From: an uncultured Nostoc sp.
Lineage (GTDB): Bacteria; Cyanobacteriota; Cyanobacteriia; Cyanobacteriales; Nostocaceae
Direction: 5' to 3'
Length of the DNA stretch: 51,037 nucleotides
NCBI GenBank assembly: GCA_964252435.1
Contig: CAXUOL010000002.1
Coordinates: forward strand, 1-51,037
Positions 9,510 to 21,448 of this stretch are shown piece by piece. The notes under the pieces are model-generated. The model ran no database searches. It saw only the letters and a program-made list of their open reading frames with translations, and was not told where the DNA came from. Position 1 is the stretch's first letter. The number at the start of each line of letters is the position of its first letter. Position numbers and translations under genes: made by a program.

Positions 9510-10088
9510 TCATTCTTCAGTGGTAAATACAACACCTTCATACAGCAATTCAATTGGACACTCAAATTCAATGCTCGATAAAGTGACGATATCTCCAGCT
9601 GTGTAGGGATAGTAAAGCCACATCCTACCCTCACCCCGACAGTAACGCTCAACGGAGATTTGTTCCGAGTCAATCAAGATATACTCTTGCAAACTAGGGA
9701 TTGTCAGATAATAAGTGAATTTTTCACCCCGATCTTTCGCGCTTGTCCCTGGCGAAAGAACTTCAGCAATCAGCTTGGGATGTTGAATAAATTTGCGAGC
9801 ATTGAGGTCTTGAGGGTCGCAACTGACAATAACATCAGGATAATAGTAGCGACTCTGGGGAGTGAGTTGCATTTTCACATCTAACGCATTCACTCGACAA
9901 CCTCTGGAACGCAGATGAGGGCGTAAGGCACTGTACAAGTTAAGTGCAATGTCATTATGGGGAATTGTACCGCCTGTCATGGCAAACACTTCGCCATTGG
10001 CATATTCGTAGCGAACGTCTTGCTGAGGTTCCCATTCCAGATATTCCTCAACGGTCATTTTTGGCAGTTGTTGGGGGACGGCTATCAT
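9510..10088 (-). CDS. Uma2 family endonuclease
   Basis: EEYLEWE...AMTGGT.PHN...YYPDVIVSC...EVLSPGT..KDRGEKF..Y. Confidence 0.9.
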   Translation of the reverse strand: MIAVPQQLPKMTVEEYLEWEPQQDVRYEYANGEVFAMTGGTIPHNDIALNLYSALRPHLRSRGCRVNALDVKMQLTPQSRYYYPDVIVSCDPQDLNARKFIQHPKLIAEVLSPGTSAKDRGEKFTYYLTIPSLQEYILIDSEQISVERYCRGEGRMWLYYPYTAGDIVTLSSIEFECPIELLYEGVVFTTEE

Positions 10089-10639
10089 TAACTAAGATTT
10101 TTTACGCTTGGTTTGATTGTAGCTAAATAGTATCAGCAATAAACAGCGGCTTCTAGAAAACCTCTCTCTTAGAAGAAGAAATACTTTAAATTTTCCCCCT
10201 TCCCGTGTCAGAAAGGAATTTTTTTTGCTAAGGTTTGTAGTGAGCAATTCAGAAAAATCATTGCGATCGCTCAATCATGTTAGATTATAGTTTGTTGTTT
10301 CTCTCAAACACAAAATCTGAGAGTTTCTTACCCATCTCCTCATTGTGGGAATGAAAAAAAAGGAGATAAAAGTTAAATTTTTTGAAAATTATGTGCAGCA
10401 ACACATCTATTTCCATTAGCTTCTACGGCTTACCAGATAAGGCTTAAAGGCATAATTGAACATGATTATCAAAGAAAAATTAAAAAAAGATGAATTGCAT
10501 TTTTACCCTCAAAAAAATGATATGTTAGATACAGAATTGAATTTCGCTTTTTTTCTGGAGTAGAACGATATAGACTACTCCAGTTTTTCACCCTCAAACC
10601 CTTGGCACTTCTTGCTTTTGACGGAAATTGAGGGCAATC

Positions 10640-10846
10640 TGAGTACACATTTAAATAACCCAAACCTAGTTTCAAGTTCGCTAAAGTTATTGCTGGGATT
10701 GGGTTTTAGCTGAGTACAAAGAAATCCTGAACCCCCATCTATAAACACTAGAACCCCAACCAAAAAAGACTAGAACCTCTACCTGAAAAAAACTTTTTTA
10801 ATTCTTGTAATGCTTGAAGAATTAGGGTTTTTCTTATTTGAGTACA
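10640..10846 (+). promoter_or_regulatory. nifB upstream regulatory region with three TGAGTACA motifs (probable CnfR/PatB-responsive elements)
   Basis: TGAGTACA at 10640, 10711 and 10839. Repeated TGAGTA-type motifs are known upstream of cyanobacterial nifB. Confidence 0.6.
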
Positions 10847-11224
10847 AAAGTAATAAATCCAATAAATTCTATCCTAGAGAGACGCAACATCTGGCTGGGA
10901 GGCGGCTGCTATAAATCTTATATCGCCAATCACTTAACGCTCTGAAACAAAACAAAGCGAAGAGTGAGTGGAGGGATGACATAGCACCATGCCTGAAGTG
11001 AAAAGAAGTCGCGGCTGTAAGCACAAATTCTACCCAAGAACCGAACGTTGACACACACCAGCCGAACATCAGATATCTATTGCCTGCCTGACTTGAAAAC
11101 AAGTCGCCCGAACCCAAGGGTTTGCAGGCAGTGTGGAAGACGCGACTTCAATTCTGGGCATGAAAGAGTAGCAACAGCATCTCCCACAGTGGCAGCCAAG
11201 TCCACCGACCTTTTGCGAAACTCA

Positions 11225-12676
11225 ATGACATCACCGTCTACACGACTCCTCAACTCCAACGCTACGGAATCGCCAACCCAAGCAAAATCCGGTGGTTGCG
11301 GCTGCGACAGCCCCAGCAGCGCCACCGTGGAAAGGGACGAAAAGCTCCAAGAACGCATTGCTAAACATCCCTGCTACAGCGAAGACGCTCATCACCACTA
11401 CGCCCGGATGCACGTTGCAGTTGCACCAGCTTGCAACATCCAATGCAACTATTGCAACCGCAAATATGATTGCGCTAACGAAAGCCGTCCTGGAGTAGTT
11501 AGCGAGTTGCTAACACCAGAACAAGCAGCACACAAAGCTTTGGTCATTGGTGGTAAGATTCCGCAAATGACAGTTGTGGGAATTGCTGGCCCTGGCGACC
11601 CTCTGGCGAATCCAGATAAGACTTTCCGCACATTTGAGTTGATTGCAGAGCAAGCACCAGATATCAAGCTGTGCTTATCAACCAATGGTTTAATGCTACC
11701 GGATTACATTGATCGCATTAAACAATTAAATATAGATCACGTTACGATCACCATTAACATGGTAGATCCAGAGATCGGTGCTAAGATTTATCCTTGGGTT
11801 CACTACAGACGCAAGCGCTACAAGGGCATTGAAGGCGCAAGAATTCTCCACGAAAGACAGATGGAAGGATTGCAAGCCCTGAAAGATGCTGACATCTTGT
11901 GCAAAGTTAACTCCGTGATGATTCCCGGAATTAATGACCATCACTTAGTCGAAGTGAATCGAGTCATTCGTGAGAAAGGTGCATTCTTGCACAACATCAT
12001 GCCATTGATTTCTGCACCAGAACATGGTACACACTTCGGTTTAATCGGTCAACGCGGCCCCACACCTAAAGAACTCAAAGAAGTTCAAGACAACTGCTCT
12101 GGTAACATGAAAATGATGCGCCACTGTCGCCAGTGCCGCGCCGATGCAGTCGGATTGTTAGGAGAAGACCGCAGCCAGGAATTTTCCAAAGAGAAATTCT
12201 TGGAAATGACTCCTGAATATGACATGGAACAACGCGCTACTGTTCACGAAGGAATTGAGAAGTTTAAAGAAGAACTTAAAGTAGCTAAAGATAAGGCGCT
12301 AGCCGGTAAGAAAATTGCCAATAGTCCGAAAGTTTTAGTTGCAGTCGCAACCAAAGGCGGTGGATTGGTTAATCAGCACTTCGGTCATGCGAAAGAATTC
12401 CAAATTTACGAAGTGGGTGGAAACGAAGTTCGCTTTGTCAGCCATCGCAAAATTGACCAATACTGCCAAGGTGGATACGGCGAGGAAGCTTCTTTTGAGC
12501 ATATTATGAAAGCGATCGCAGATTGCAAAGCAGTTTTAGTCTCCAAGATTGGTAACTGTCCTCAAGAAAAATTGCAAGAAGCTGGAATCAAGACTGTTGA
12601 AGCTTACGACGTAATTGAAAAGGTTGCTTTGGAGTTCTACGAGCAATACGTTAAGGAATTAGGGAATCAAGAATAG
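11225..12676 (+). CDS. nifB: Nitrogenase cofactor biosynthesis radical SAM protein NifB
   Basis: [31 protein letters not shown] and a C-terminal NifX-like domain. ATG at 11225 preferred over TTG at 11048. Confidence 0.98.
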   Translation: MTSPSTRLLNSNATESPTQAKSGGCGCDSPSSATVERDEKLQERIAKHPCYSEDAHHHYARMHVAVAPACNIQCNYCNRKYDCANESRPGVVSELLTPEQAAHKALVIGGKIPQMTVVGIAGPGDPLANPDKTFRTFELIAEQAPDIKLCLSTNGLMLPDYIDRIKQLNIDHVTITINMVDPEIGAKIYPWVHYRRKRYKGIEGARILHERQMEGLQALKDADILCKVNSVMIPGINDHHLVEVNRVIREKGAFLHNIMPLISAPEHGTHFGLIGQRGPTPKELKEVQDNCSGNMKMMRHCRQCRADAVGLLGEDRSQEFSKEKFLEMTPEYDMEQRATVHEGIEKFKEELKVAKDKALAGKKIANSPKVLVAVATKGGGLVNQHFGHAKEFQIYEVGGNEVRFVSHRKIDQYCQGGYGEEASFEHIMKAIADCKAVLVSKIGNCPQEKLQEAGIKTVEAYDVIEKVALEFYEQYVKELGNQE

Positions 12677-12812
12677 GGCATAGGGCATGGGGCACTTGTA
12701 CTGAGCGTTCGCGTAGCGTCTCGTAGAGAAGTCGAAGTATGGGGCATGGGACAAGAAGTATCCCTAATGCCCTCCCCTAAACCCAATCCTCAATGCCCAA
12801 TGCCCAATGCCT
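12676..12812. repeat. STRR-type heptamer repeats (GGGCATG / CAATGCC) with nested small repeats
   Basis: Directly visible; the same core occurs at 49257-49300. Confidence 0.75.
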
Positions 12813-12836
12813 CTTGCCCAAAAAAGGAGAATAATC

Positions 12837-13193
12837 ATGGCTTACAAAATTCTTACTAGCCAGTGTATTTCCTGCAATCTCTGTCTATCTGTATGTCCCA
12901 CAAATGCAGTTAAAGTGGTTGACGGACAGCACTGGATTGACCCTGAACTTTGTACAAACTGTATTGGTAGTATTCATACCGTGCCTCAGTGTAAAGCTGG
13001 TTGTCCCACCTGCGACGGTTGCATTAAGCAGCCTAGCGATTATTGGGAAGGCTGGTTTACCAATTACAACCGTGTAGTCGCTAAATTAACAAATAAACAA
13101 GATTACTGGGAACGTTGGTTTCAAAGCTATTCCCAGAAATACTCTGAGCAGTTGCAAAAGCGTCAATCCCAATCAGTAGGATCTGAAGCTTAA
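12837..13193 (+). CDS. fdxN: Ferredoxin FdxN (uninterrupted)
   Basis: CISCNLC...CP and CTNC...QC...CP motifs; between nifB and nifS; RBS AGGAG before ATG 12837. Confidence 0.93.
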   Translation: MAYKILTSQCISCNLCLSVCPTNAVKVVDGQHWIDPELCTNCIGSIHTVPQCKAGCPTCDGCIKQPSDYWEGWFTNYNRVVAKLTNKQDYWERWFQSYSQKYSEQLQKRQSQSVGSEA

Positions 13194-13223
13194 ATAATTC
13201 GTAATTCTTAATTGAAGACAACA

Positions 13224-14438
13224 ATGCAAAATAACTGCATCTATCTCGATAATAATGCCACCACTAAGGTAGACCCAGAAGTTATAGAGGTAATGCTGCC
13301 TTACCTCACAGATTATTACGGCAATCCCTCCAGTATGCATACCTTTGGTGGGCAAGTCGGTAAAGCAGTGAGAACAGCAAGAGAACAACTTGCAGCCATC
13401 CTGGGAGCCGATGAGTCAGAAATTGTCTACACAAGTTGTGGAACTGAGGGAGATAACGCGGCGATTCGAGCCGCACTGTTAGCGCAACCAGAAAAGCGAC
13501 ATATCGTCACTACCCAAGTTGAACATCCCGCAGTACTTAATGTCTGCAAACAATTAGAAACCCAAGGTTACAGTGTTACCTATCTATCAGTAAATCATCA
13601 AGGGCAGTTGGATCTAGATGAACTAGAAGCTTCCTTGACGGGTAACACCGCCCTGGTGACAATTATGTATGCTAATAACGAAACCGGCACGGTTTTCCCG
13701 ATTGAGCAAATTGGGTTGCGCGTAAAAGAATATGGCGCTATTTTCCATGTAGATGCGGTGCAAGCAGTGGGAAAAATCCCCTTGAATATGAAGACTAGCA
13801 CCGTCGATATGTTAACTCTGTCTGGTCACAAGCTGCACGGTCCGAAAGGAATTGGTGCTTTATATATCCGGCGCGGGGTTCGGTTCCGTCCCTTCATGAT
13901 TGGCGGACACCAAGAACGCGGACGTAGAGCGGGAACAGAGAATGTTCCAGCAATTATCGCCTTGGGCAAAGCTGCCCAACTAGAACTGTTAAACTTAGAA
14001 GAAGCGACCACAAGAGAAAGAAAGCTGCGCGATCGCCTTGAACAAACTTTACTTGCTAAAATTCCCGATTGTGTAGTCAATGGTGACATAACGCAGAGAT
14101 TGCCAAACACGACAAATATCGGCTTCAAGTACATCGAAGGTGAAGCAATCCTACTGTTATTGAACAAATACGGTATCTGTGCATCATCTGGTTCTGCTTG
14201 CACCTCCGGTTCTCTGGAACCCTCCCACGTCCTGCGAGCAATGGGCTTACCCTACACAACTTTACACGGTTCCATTCGCTTCAGTCTTTGTCGCTACACC
14301 ACAGAAGCCGAAATCGATCGAGTCATAGAGGTAATGCCCAGTATTGTAGAACGTTTACGCGCCCTCTCACCCTTCAAAAATGATAATGCAGGTTGGTTGC
14401 AAGGACAAGAACAAGCACTGCTGGGAGTTAGGAGTTAG
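13224..14438 (+). CDS. nifS: Cysteine desulfurase NifS
   Basis: YLDNNATT, SGHK (PLP lysine), SSGSACTS. Confidence 0.98.
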   Translation: MQNNCIYLDNNATTKVDPEVIEVMLPYLTDYYGNPSSMHTFGGQVGKAVRTAREQLAAILGADESEIVYTSCGTEGDNAAIRAALLAQPEKRHIVTTQVEHPAVLNVCKQLETQGYSVTYLSVNHQGQLDLDELEASLTGNTALVTIMYANNETGTVFPIEQIGLRVKEYGAIFHVDAVQAVGKIPLNMKTSTVDMLTLSGHKLHGPKGIGALYIRRGVRFRPFMIGGHQERGRRAGTENVPAIIALGKAAQLELLNLEEATTRERKLRDRLEQTLLAKIPDCVVNGDITQRLPNTTNIGFKYIEGEAILLLLNKYGICASSGSACTSGSLEPSHVLRAMGLPYTTLHGSIRFSLCRYTTEAEIDRVIEVMPSIVERLRALSPFKNDNAGWLQGQEQALLGVRS

Positions 14439-14630
14439 GAGTTAGAAGTTAGGAGTTAGGAGTTAGGAGTTAGAAGTTAGGAGTTAGAAGTTAGGAGTTA
14501 AGAAGTAGCTTTGGCTTAATGATTTCATAACTCATAACTCATAACTCATAACTCATAACTCATCACTCATCACTCTTAACTCATAACTCATCACTCATAA
14601 CTCATCACTCTTAACTCATCACTCTTAACT
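14424..14630. repeat. Tandem heptamer repeats (GGAGTTA/GAAGTTA)n followed by (CTCATAA/CTCATCA)n
   Basis: Directly visible between nifS and nifU; the two arrays are roughly complementary. Confidence 0.92.
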
Positions 14631-14640
14631 AATAAAAGTT

Positions 14641-15540
14641 ATGTGGGACTACACCGATAAAGTATTAGAACTGTTTTACGATCCCAAAAATCAGGGAGAA
14701 ATTGAAGAAACGAGCGAAGCTGGAGTTAAGGTTGCAACGGGAGAAATCGGTAGCATTGCTTGCGGCGATGCTCTGAGATTGCACCTGAAAGTAGAAGTAG
14801 AATCTGATAAGATTCTAGATGCTCGTTTTCAAACCTTTGGCTGTACTAGTGCGATCGCATCTTCTAGTGCATTAACCGAAATGGTCAAAGGTTTAACCTT
14901 AGATGAAGCCCTGAAAGTGTCCAATAAAGACATTGCAGATTACTTGGGTGGTTTACCAGAAGCAAAGATGCATTGCTCTGTCATGGGACAAGAAGCGCTA
15001 GAAGCCGCTATCTACAATTATCGTGGCATTCCTCTCGCTACCCATGATGATGACGATGAAGGCGCGTTAGTTTGCAGTTGCTTTGGCATCAGCGAATCTA
15101 AAATCCGTCGCGTGATTCTAGAAAATCATCTTACGGATGCTGAACAAGTAACAAATTATGTAAAAGCTGGTGGCGGATGCGGTTCCTGTCTGGCAAACAT
15201 TGATGATATTATTAGATCAGTTCAACAGGAATACGCCTCACCTGCTCTCAACAATTACGGCGTAAAAGTTGCCACAGAAATTGTTACGTCTAAAGAGCGA
15301 TCGCTAACAAACGTCCAAAAGATTGCTCTAATTCAAAAGGTTCTCGATGAAGAAGTCAGACCCGTACTCATCGCTGACGGGGGAGATGTAGAACTCTATG
15401 ATGTCGAAGGCGATCGCGTTAAAGTTGTCCTGCAAGGTGCTTGCGGTTCCTGTTCTAGTAGTACAGCAACCCTAAAAATTGCGATCGAAGCCAGATTACA
15501 AGATCGTGTCAGCAAGAGCCTTGTAGTCGAAGCAGTTTAG
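14641..15540 (+). CDS. nifU: Fe-S scaffold NifU
   Basis: ACGD, FGC, KMHCS, CSCF...GGGCGSC and a C-terminal GACGSC. Confidence 0.98.
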   Translation: MWDYTDKVLELFYDPKNQGEIEETSEAGVKVATGEIGSIACGDALRLHLKVEVESDKILDARFQTFGCTSAIASSSALTEMVKGLTLDEALKVSNKDIADYLGGLPEAKMHCSVMGQEALEAAIYNYRGIPLATHDDDDEGALVCSCFGISESKIRRVILENHLTDAEQVTNYVKAGGGCGSCLANIDDIIRSVQQEYASPALNNYGVKVATEIVTSKERSLTNVQKIALIQKVLDEEVRPVLIADGGDVELYDVEGDRVKVVLQGACGSCSSSTATLKIAIEARLQDRVSKSLVVEAV

Positions 15541-15786
15541 GGATTGCTATAGGACTTAACGTACTCTACAAATACGCCCTAATATGCATTCAGCCAGGAA
15601 CAGAAAGTAGGATTTGAATTGAATCATTGTCTCCACTCAATGCTTCATACCAATTCTTTCTTAATTACGAATTACGAATTACGAATTGGTAGTCCTACCA
15701 CTATTACGGCTAACAGCATATAGGCTTCATAGATTAAGTGCCTACTTGCAAATTTCATCATCTAACTCGCTTCAAAGGAACAGAAT

Positions 15787-16143
15787 ATGAGTACATTGTA
15801 CGACAAACTTGGCGGACAACCAGCTATTGAACAAATAGTAGATGAACTCCACAAACGCATTGCCACAGACAGCCTCCTCAATCCCATTTTTGCTGGTACA
15901 GATATGGTCAAGCAACGTAATCATCTAGTTGCTTTCTTATCTCAAATATTTGAAGGGCCAAAGCAATACGGCGGTCGTCCAATGGACAAAACCCACGCAG
16001 GAATGAATTTACAGCAACAACACTTCGATGAGATCGCCAAGCTTTTGAGTGAATCAATGGCTGTGCGTGGAGAGTCGCCAGAAGACACCAAAGCTGCACT
16101 AGAGCGCGTCTCAAGTTTCAAGGGCGCTATTTTGAACAAGTAA
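15787..16143 (+). CDS. glbN: Cyanoglobin (group 1 truncated haemoglobin)
   Basis: LYDKLGG...F...GP.QYGGRPM..TH; the nifU-nifH position is as known for Nostoc glbN. Confidence 0.93.
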   Translation: MSTLYDKLGGQPAIEQIVDELHKRIATDSLLNPIFAGTDMVKQRNHLVAFLSQIFEGPKQYGGRPMDKTHAGMNLQQQHFDEIAKLLSESMAVRGESPEDTKAALERVSSFKGAILNK

Positions 16144-16420
16144 TAGGACTTATGCATTGATTGTTGACAAATAGCAACATCAAGTCCTATTTACTCTTGC
16201 AAGCTGAAACACATTATGACGTATTTGTAAATTGCGTAATTTTCTTTGTTCTTTGTCAAAACAAATGACAAAGGACAAAGAGAAAAGAAATTTAACCAGG
16301 AAATATATGTACTTACTTTCGATCATTTTAGCTGTGGAGCGATCGCCCCCAGCAGGCATTTATGCCAACGCTACCAACGATGCTCTACACGCGCTCACTA
16401 CTGTCGCTCAACTGGCGTGA

Positions 16421-17371
<951 letters not shown>

Positions 17372-17523
17372 GTCGCCGCTAAGAAATAACGTTTTAGCAT
17401 AAGGAAAAAGGAAGAGTTCCATATCTTACCTTTTCCTCTCTCTCCCTTGCATCTCCCCCCAAACCTTAGAGGGGACTCCTAGTCCCCCTATGCCCCGATC
17501 CTTACGAGTCACAGAGGCTAAGT

Positions 17524-18886
17524 ATGACACCTCCAGAAAATCAAAACATCATCGAAGAAAGAAAAGAACTAATTAAAGAAGTTCTCAGTGCTTACCCAGA
17601 AAAAGCTGCTAAAAAGCGCGAAAAGCACTTAAGTGTATACGAAGAAGGTAAGTCCGATTGCGGCGTTAAGTCTAACATCAAATCCCTTCCAGGTGTAATG
17701 ACCGCTCGTGGTTGTGCTTACGCCGGTTCTAAAGGTGTGGTTTGGGGTCCTATTAAGGACATGATCCACATCAGCCACGGGCCTGTAGGTTGCGGTTACT
17801 GGTCTTGGTCTGGTCGTCGTAACTACTACATCGGCACCACAGGTATTGATACCTTTGGTACCATGCACTTCACCTCTGACTTCCAAGAAAGAGATATCGT
17901 GTTCGGTGGTGACAAGAAACTTGTTAAGCTCATCCAAGAACTTGATGTACTTTTCCCCCTTAACCGTGGTGTTTCCATTCAATCTGAATGTCCCATCGGT
18001 CTAATTGGGGATGACATTGAAGCAGTTGCTCGCAAGACATCCAAAGAAATTGGCAAGCCAGTTGTACCCGTTCGTTGCGAAGGCTTCCGGGGTGTTTCCC
18101 AATCTTTGGGACACCACATTGCTAACGACATGGTTCGTGACTGGGTGTTCACCAGATCCGATCAAGCTAAGAAAGACGGTACACTCAAGTTTGAAGGTAC
18201 TCCTTATGATGTAGCCATCATTGGTGACTACAACATCGGTGGTGATGCTTGGGCTAGCCGCATCCTGTTAGAAGAAATCGGCTTGCGCGTAGTCGCTCAG
18301 TGGTCAGGTGATGGCACCATCAACGAAATGTTGATGACCCCCAATGTGAAGATGAACCTCATCCACTGTTACCGGTCGATGAACTACATCAGCCGTCACA
18401 TGGAAGAAGCTTATGGTATACCCTGGTTGGAATACAACTTCTTCGGCCCCACCAAGATTGCTGAATCTTTACGGGAAATCGCTTCCAAGTTTGACGAAAC
18501 AATCCAAGCAAACGCTGAGAAAGTTATCGCCAAGTATCAGCCAACAATGGATGCGGTAATTGCTAAGTATCGCCCCCGTTTGGATGGTAAGACTGTTGCC
18601 ATCATGGTTGGTGGTCTACGTCCTCGCCACGTTGTCCCAGCTTTCCTAGACTTGGGCATGAAGATGATTGGTACAGGTTATGAGTTCGCTCATAATGACG
18701 ACTACAAACGTACCACTCACTACATCGAAAACGGCACCATCGTTTATGACGACGTCACCGCTTACGAATTCGAGGAATTTATCAAAGCCCTCAAGCCTGA
18801 CCTAGTAGCTTCTGGTGTGAAAGAGAAGTACGTCTTCCAAAAGATGGGTCTTCCTTTCCGTCAAATGCACTCTTGGGATTACTCCG
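17524..18886 (+). CDS. nifD: Nitrogenase MoFe protein alpha chain, 5' part (interrupted)
   Basis: [20 protein letters not shown]; homology ends at the repeat and the ORF runs on into element sequence to 18966. Confidence 0.98.
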
Positions 18887-19139
18887 AACCTAGCGATCGC
18901 TCCTCAACATCATATAATGCAAGGTTTTTTAGCGGCGGGAGAAAAAAGAGCCTATTTCTAGCCTAAATGTAAGTTGCAGGGTTATTTAGGAACAATCTGT
19001 TTTGATGCTTTAGACAGTATAACTCTTATGGAGTCTGGTTTTTAGGATTTGCTTGCATTTTGCTCAAAGAAAAACTGTAAAATAAAAGACTATTTAAAAT
19101 GACGATTTTTTAGATTAAATGGTGCGATCGCTTTTACCA

Positions 19140-19616
19140 CTAGAGTTGCTTAATAAGTTTGGCTGCTAAATTTTCTGCTGAAGACAGTATGTTAATGGCA
19201 GTCTTGACATCGTTTGAGTCAAAGGATCTACTGAAAGTATTAGTTTTACTTGAAACTAAAAAGTGTAACCTTATTTTTTTATAACTCCAGAATAAAATAT
19301 ATGACTTTTTACTAGAGACTGTCACGGATAAAGTATCACTAACCTCACCACGCAAGACGAAATCTTCTGAAAATTCTCCTGTATATTTTTCCTCCTCCAG
19401 AAGCTCCATTTTTTTGTAAGCCTTGTTAAGGGCATCTATCAATTTATCAACCTTAGAGCTAGATACAACAGCTACTCCAGGATTATATCTTCCATCAAGT
19501 CCTGGAACAAAAAAGCGAATGTACCACTTACTTTTCTGTGCAGCATCACGATAAGCAATTAATGATGTTCTAATATTTGATAATTCGAGAGCTTGCTCAA
19601 GTTGTCTAGGATTCAT
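19140..19616 (-). CDS. Hypothetical protein
   Basis: 158 aa AT-rich ORF; no motif recognised. Confidence 0.55.
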   Translation of the reverse strand: MNPRQLEQALELSNIRTSLIAYRDAAQKSKWYIRFFVPGLDGRYNPGVAVVSSSKVDKLIDALNKAYKKMELLEEEKYTGEFSEDFVLRGEVSDTLSVTVSSKKSYILFWSYKKIRLHFLVSSKTNTFSRSFDSNDVKTAINILSSAENLAAKLIKQL

Positions 19617-19750
19617 TATGGTAAATTAAAAATACTTTTATCATTTTATGAGACTAAATTATGGCATAGCCACAACTCGACAATAAGCTATTATAAAACT
19701 GATAAAGTTAGAACTTTTGCATAAGGGTGCAATATGCTTGTTAGCGAGAT

Positions 19751-20683
19751 TTACTCAGCATCGCTTGATTCCACTATACCTTTTTCTCCATTTCGGACCC
19801 AATCCTCCCAGTATGGGCATCTTCTTTTTAGAAATTCTCTTCGCTCATCAGTTATATCTATTGTTTTATCAAAAGCTTCATTTATACCAAAAATCTTCAA
19901 TAACCTATTTGCCAAATGAGGCCCTAGCTGAAAAGTTGGAGGAATAGATAATGCTTCATATTTCCCATTAGCATTTAATCTAATTGTTATGGCATTATGA
20001 AGTTCTCTATCACATGACAGCCTATCATAACTCATTAATTCCATGCCATCGGACATTAATGACATGCGTTCTTTTGACTTTGTTGCATCAAACTCAAACT
20101 CATTTCTTCTACCATATATTAGGAGCATATGAAGTTTCATCTGCCTCTCATTTCTCATATAATTAGGAATCTGATACTGCTCTAAAAATTGCTGCACATT
20201 TGATGGGCTACTAAACCAAGTTTTCCACTGCTCTAGCTGATTTCTTGCCTGTGTGAAATTAGAAGTAGGTTGACCGTTATTTTTGAAAATATTTTTAGAA
20301 GGACTTTCAATCTCAATTAAAGTCGGATACCAGCCAGAACTGTGTGTTGCTATCCACATAAAATCAGGAATCCTTGTTGTCAGTCCCTGCAATTTAGGCT
20401 GTGTGATTAATGCACAATGTAGTGGATAATGACCAGATTTTGTTCCTGGTGTCCAAGCTCCCGGAATAAAAGATGGGTTTTCTTCAAAGAATTTCTGAAG
20501 CTCTTTTTCAGAACTTGTAGTATCAAGCAGCATCTTGTACTTTTTATTGCGTTCTTCCCTATATGTATCAATATCAAATTCTTTTGGGCTTTTCTCTATA
20601 ATGTATGTCTTTTTAAAAATCATATTTGGATAACTAGTTATTATGTGGAAAAATTTTAGTGTATATACCTTCGCAAATTGCAT
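19751..20683 (-). CDS. Shedu (SduA/DUF4263)-like anti-phage nuclease
   Basis: EKELQKFFEENP, IPDF, LIEIESP, ARNQLEQW, LLIYGRR, MSYDRL: the PD-(D/E)xK pattern typical of DUF4263. Confidence 0.75.
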   Translation of the reverse strand: MQFAKVYTLKFFHIITSYPNMIFKKTYIIEKSPKEFDIDTYREERNKKYKMLLDTTSSEKELQKFFEENPSFIPGAWTPGTKSGHYPLHCALITQPKLQGLTTRIPDFMWIATHSSGWYPTLIEIESPSKNIFKNNGQPTSNFTQARNQLEQWKTWFSSPSNVQQFLEQYQIPNYMRNERQMKLHMLLIYGRRNEFEFDATKSKERMSLMSDGMELMSYDRLSCDRELHNAITIRLNANGKYEALSIPPTFQLGPHLANRLLKIFGINEAFDKTIDITDERREFLKRRCPYWEDWVRNGEKGIVESSDAE

Positions 20684-20793
20684 CCTAACAGGATGTCAAA
20701 GTTTTGATTCATAGTATATATACGGTATTTTCTTAGACAACATCAATATATAAGTACTAGACATATCTTGTCCACAATAAGTAGACCGTTTTA

Positions 20794-20976
20794 GCGATGT
20801 CTACGATGGGCTACGCCTACGCCCTCACTTGGCAATAAACTAGGCGATGTCTACGACGGGCTATTCGGTGTCGCATTAAACTGTCCAATCCTCAATTAAC
20901 AATCCGGCTACTCTGCTGAAATCCCGATGATTGCGCGTTAATAAAACTAATTTACGAGAAAGTGCGATCGCAGTAA
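20794..20976 (-). repeat. Direct repeat copy A (3' remnant of a PIN toxin gene, HIP1-bounded)
   Basis: Aligns with 21864-22034; encodes ...TRNHRDFSRVAGLLIEDW. Confidence 0.85.
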
Positions 20977-21034
20977 AAGAAGTAGACTGTTGTAGCGATC
21001 GCTAGTTAAATAACATTTAGGTTACTTGTGATAC

Positions 21035-21448
21035 TCAATCAGACAACAAGATCGCAAAGCCTTCTTGGGTGAAGTGTTTATCGTGTGTCAGTACCTCTAT
21101 GATCTCCAGTTGACGCATGGTGTGCATAGAAATGCAATCTGTCAAGCTATAGCCTTTATCAAAACGTTGAGAATACAGAGCTAGACCACCTAAAAAGGAT
21201 TCGCGTGTTTGGGGAATAACTTGAACCCGATCATTTTGTAGAATGCTTTGTGCTAGTTGAAATATTCCGCTTCGGGTGTATCTACCAGCAGTTGAGAAAT
21301 AATTCACAAACTCAGTCAGCACTTCATCGGTTGTAATTAGTTTTGTTTGCATCAGCGATTTGTGTATGTCTTGAGTGCGGACATGCCATGCATCTCTTGG
21401 ATTAGCAAGCGCTATCCAGTAAAACGTGTCTACGAAAACAGGATTCAT
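21035..21448 (-). CDS. VapC/PIN-domain toxin
   Basis: VFVDTFYWIAL, VLTE, YSLTDCIS, LTHDKHF. Confidence 0.9.
   Translation of the reverse strand: MNPVFVDTFYWIALANPRDAWHVRTQDIHKSLMQTKLITTDEVLTEFVNYFSTAGRYTRSGIFQLAQSILQNDRVQVIPQTRESFLGGLALYSQRFDKGYSLTDCISMHTMRQLEIIEVLTHDKHFTQEGFAILLSD

Noticed and set aside
11048-11224. N-terminal extension of NifB from TTG
   Set aside because: Not NifB-like; more likely the long 5' UTR.
12837-13193. fdxN excision element, suggested by xisH/xisI
   Set aside because: fdxN is continuous and no xisF serine recombinase is present.
14424-14630. CRISPR array
   Set aside because: Tandem 7-mers without unique spacers; no cas genes in the window.
18887-18966. Native NifD C-terminus
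   Set aside because: Read-through into the element; the true end lies at 46829-46977.
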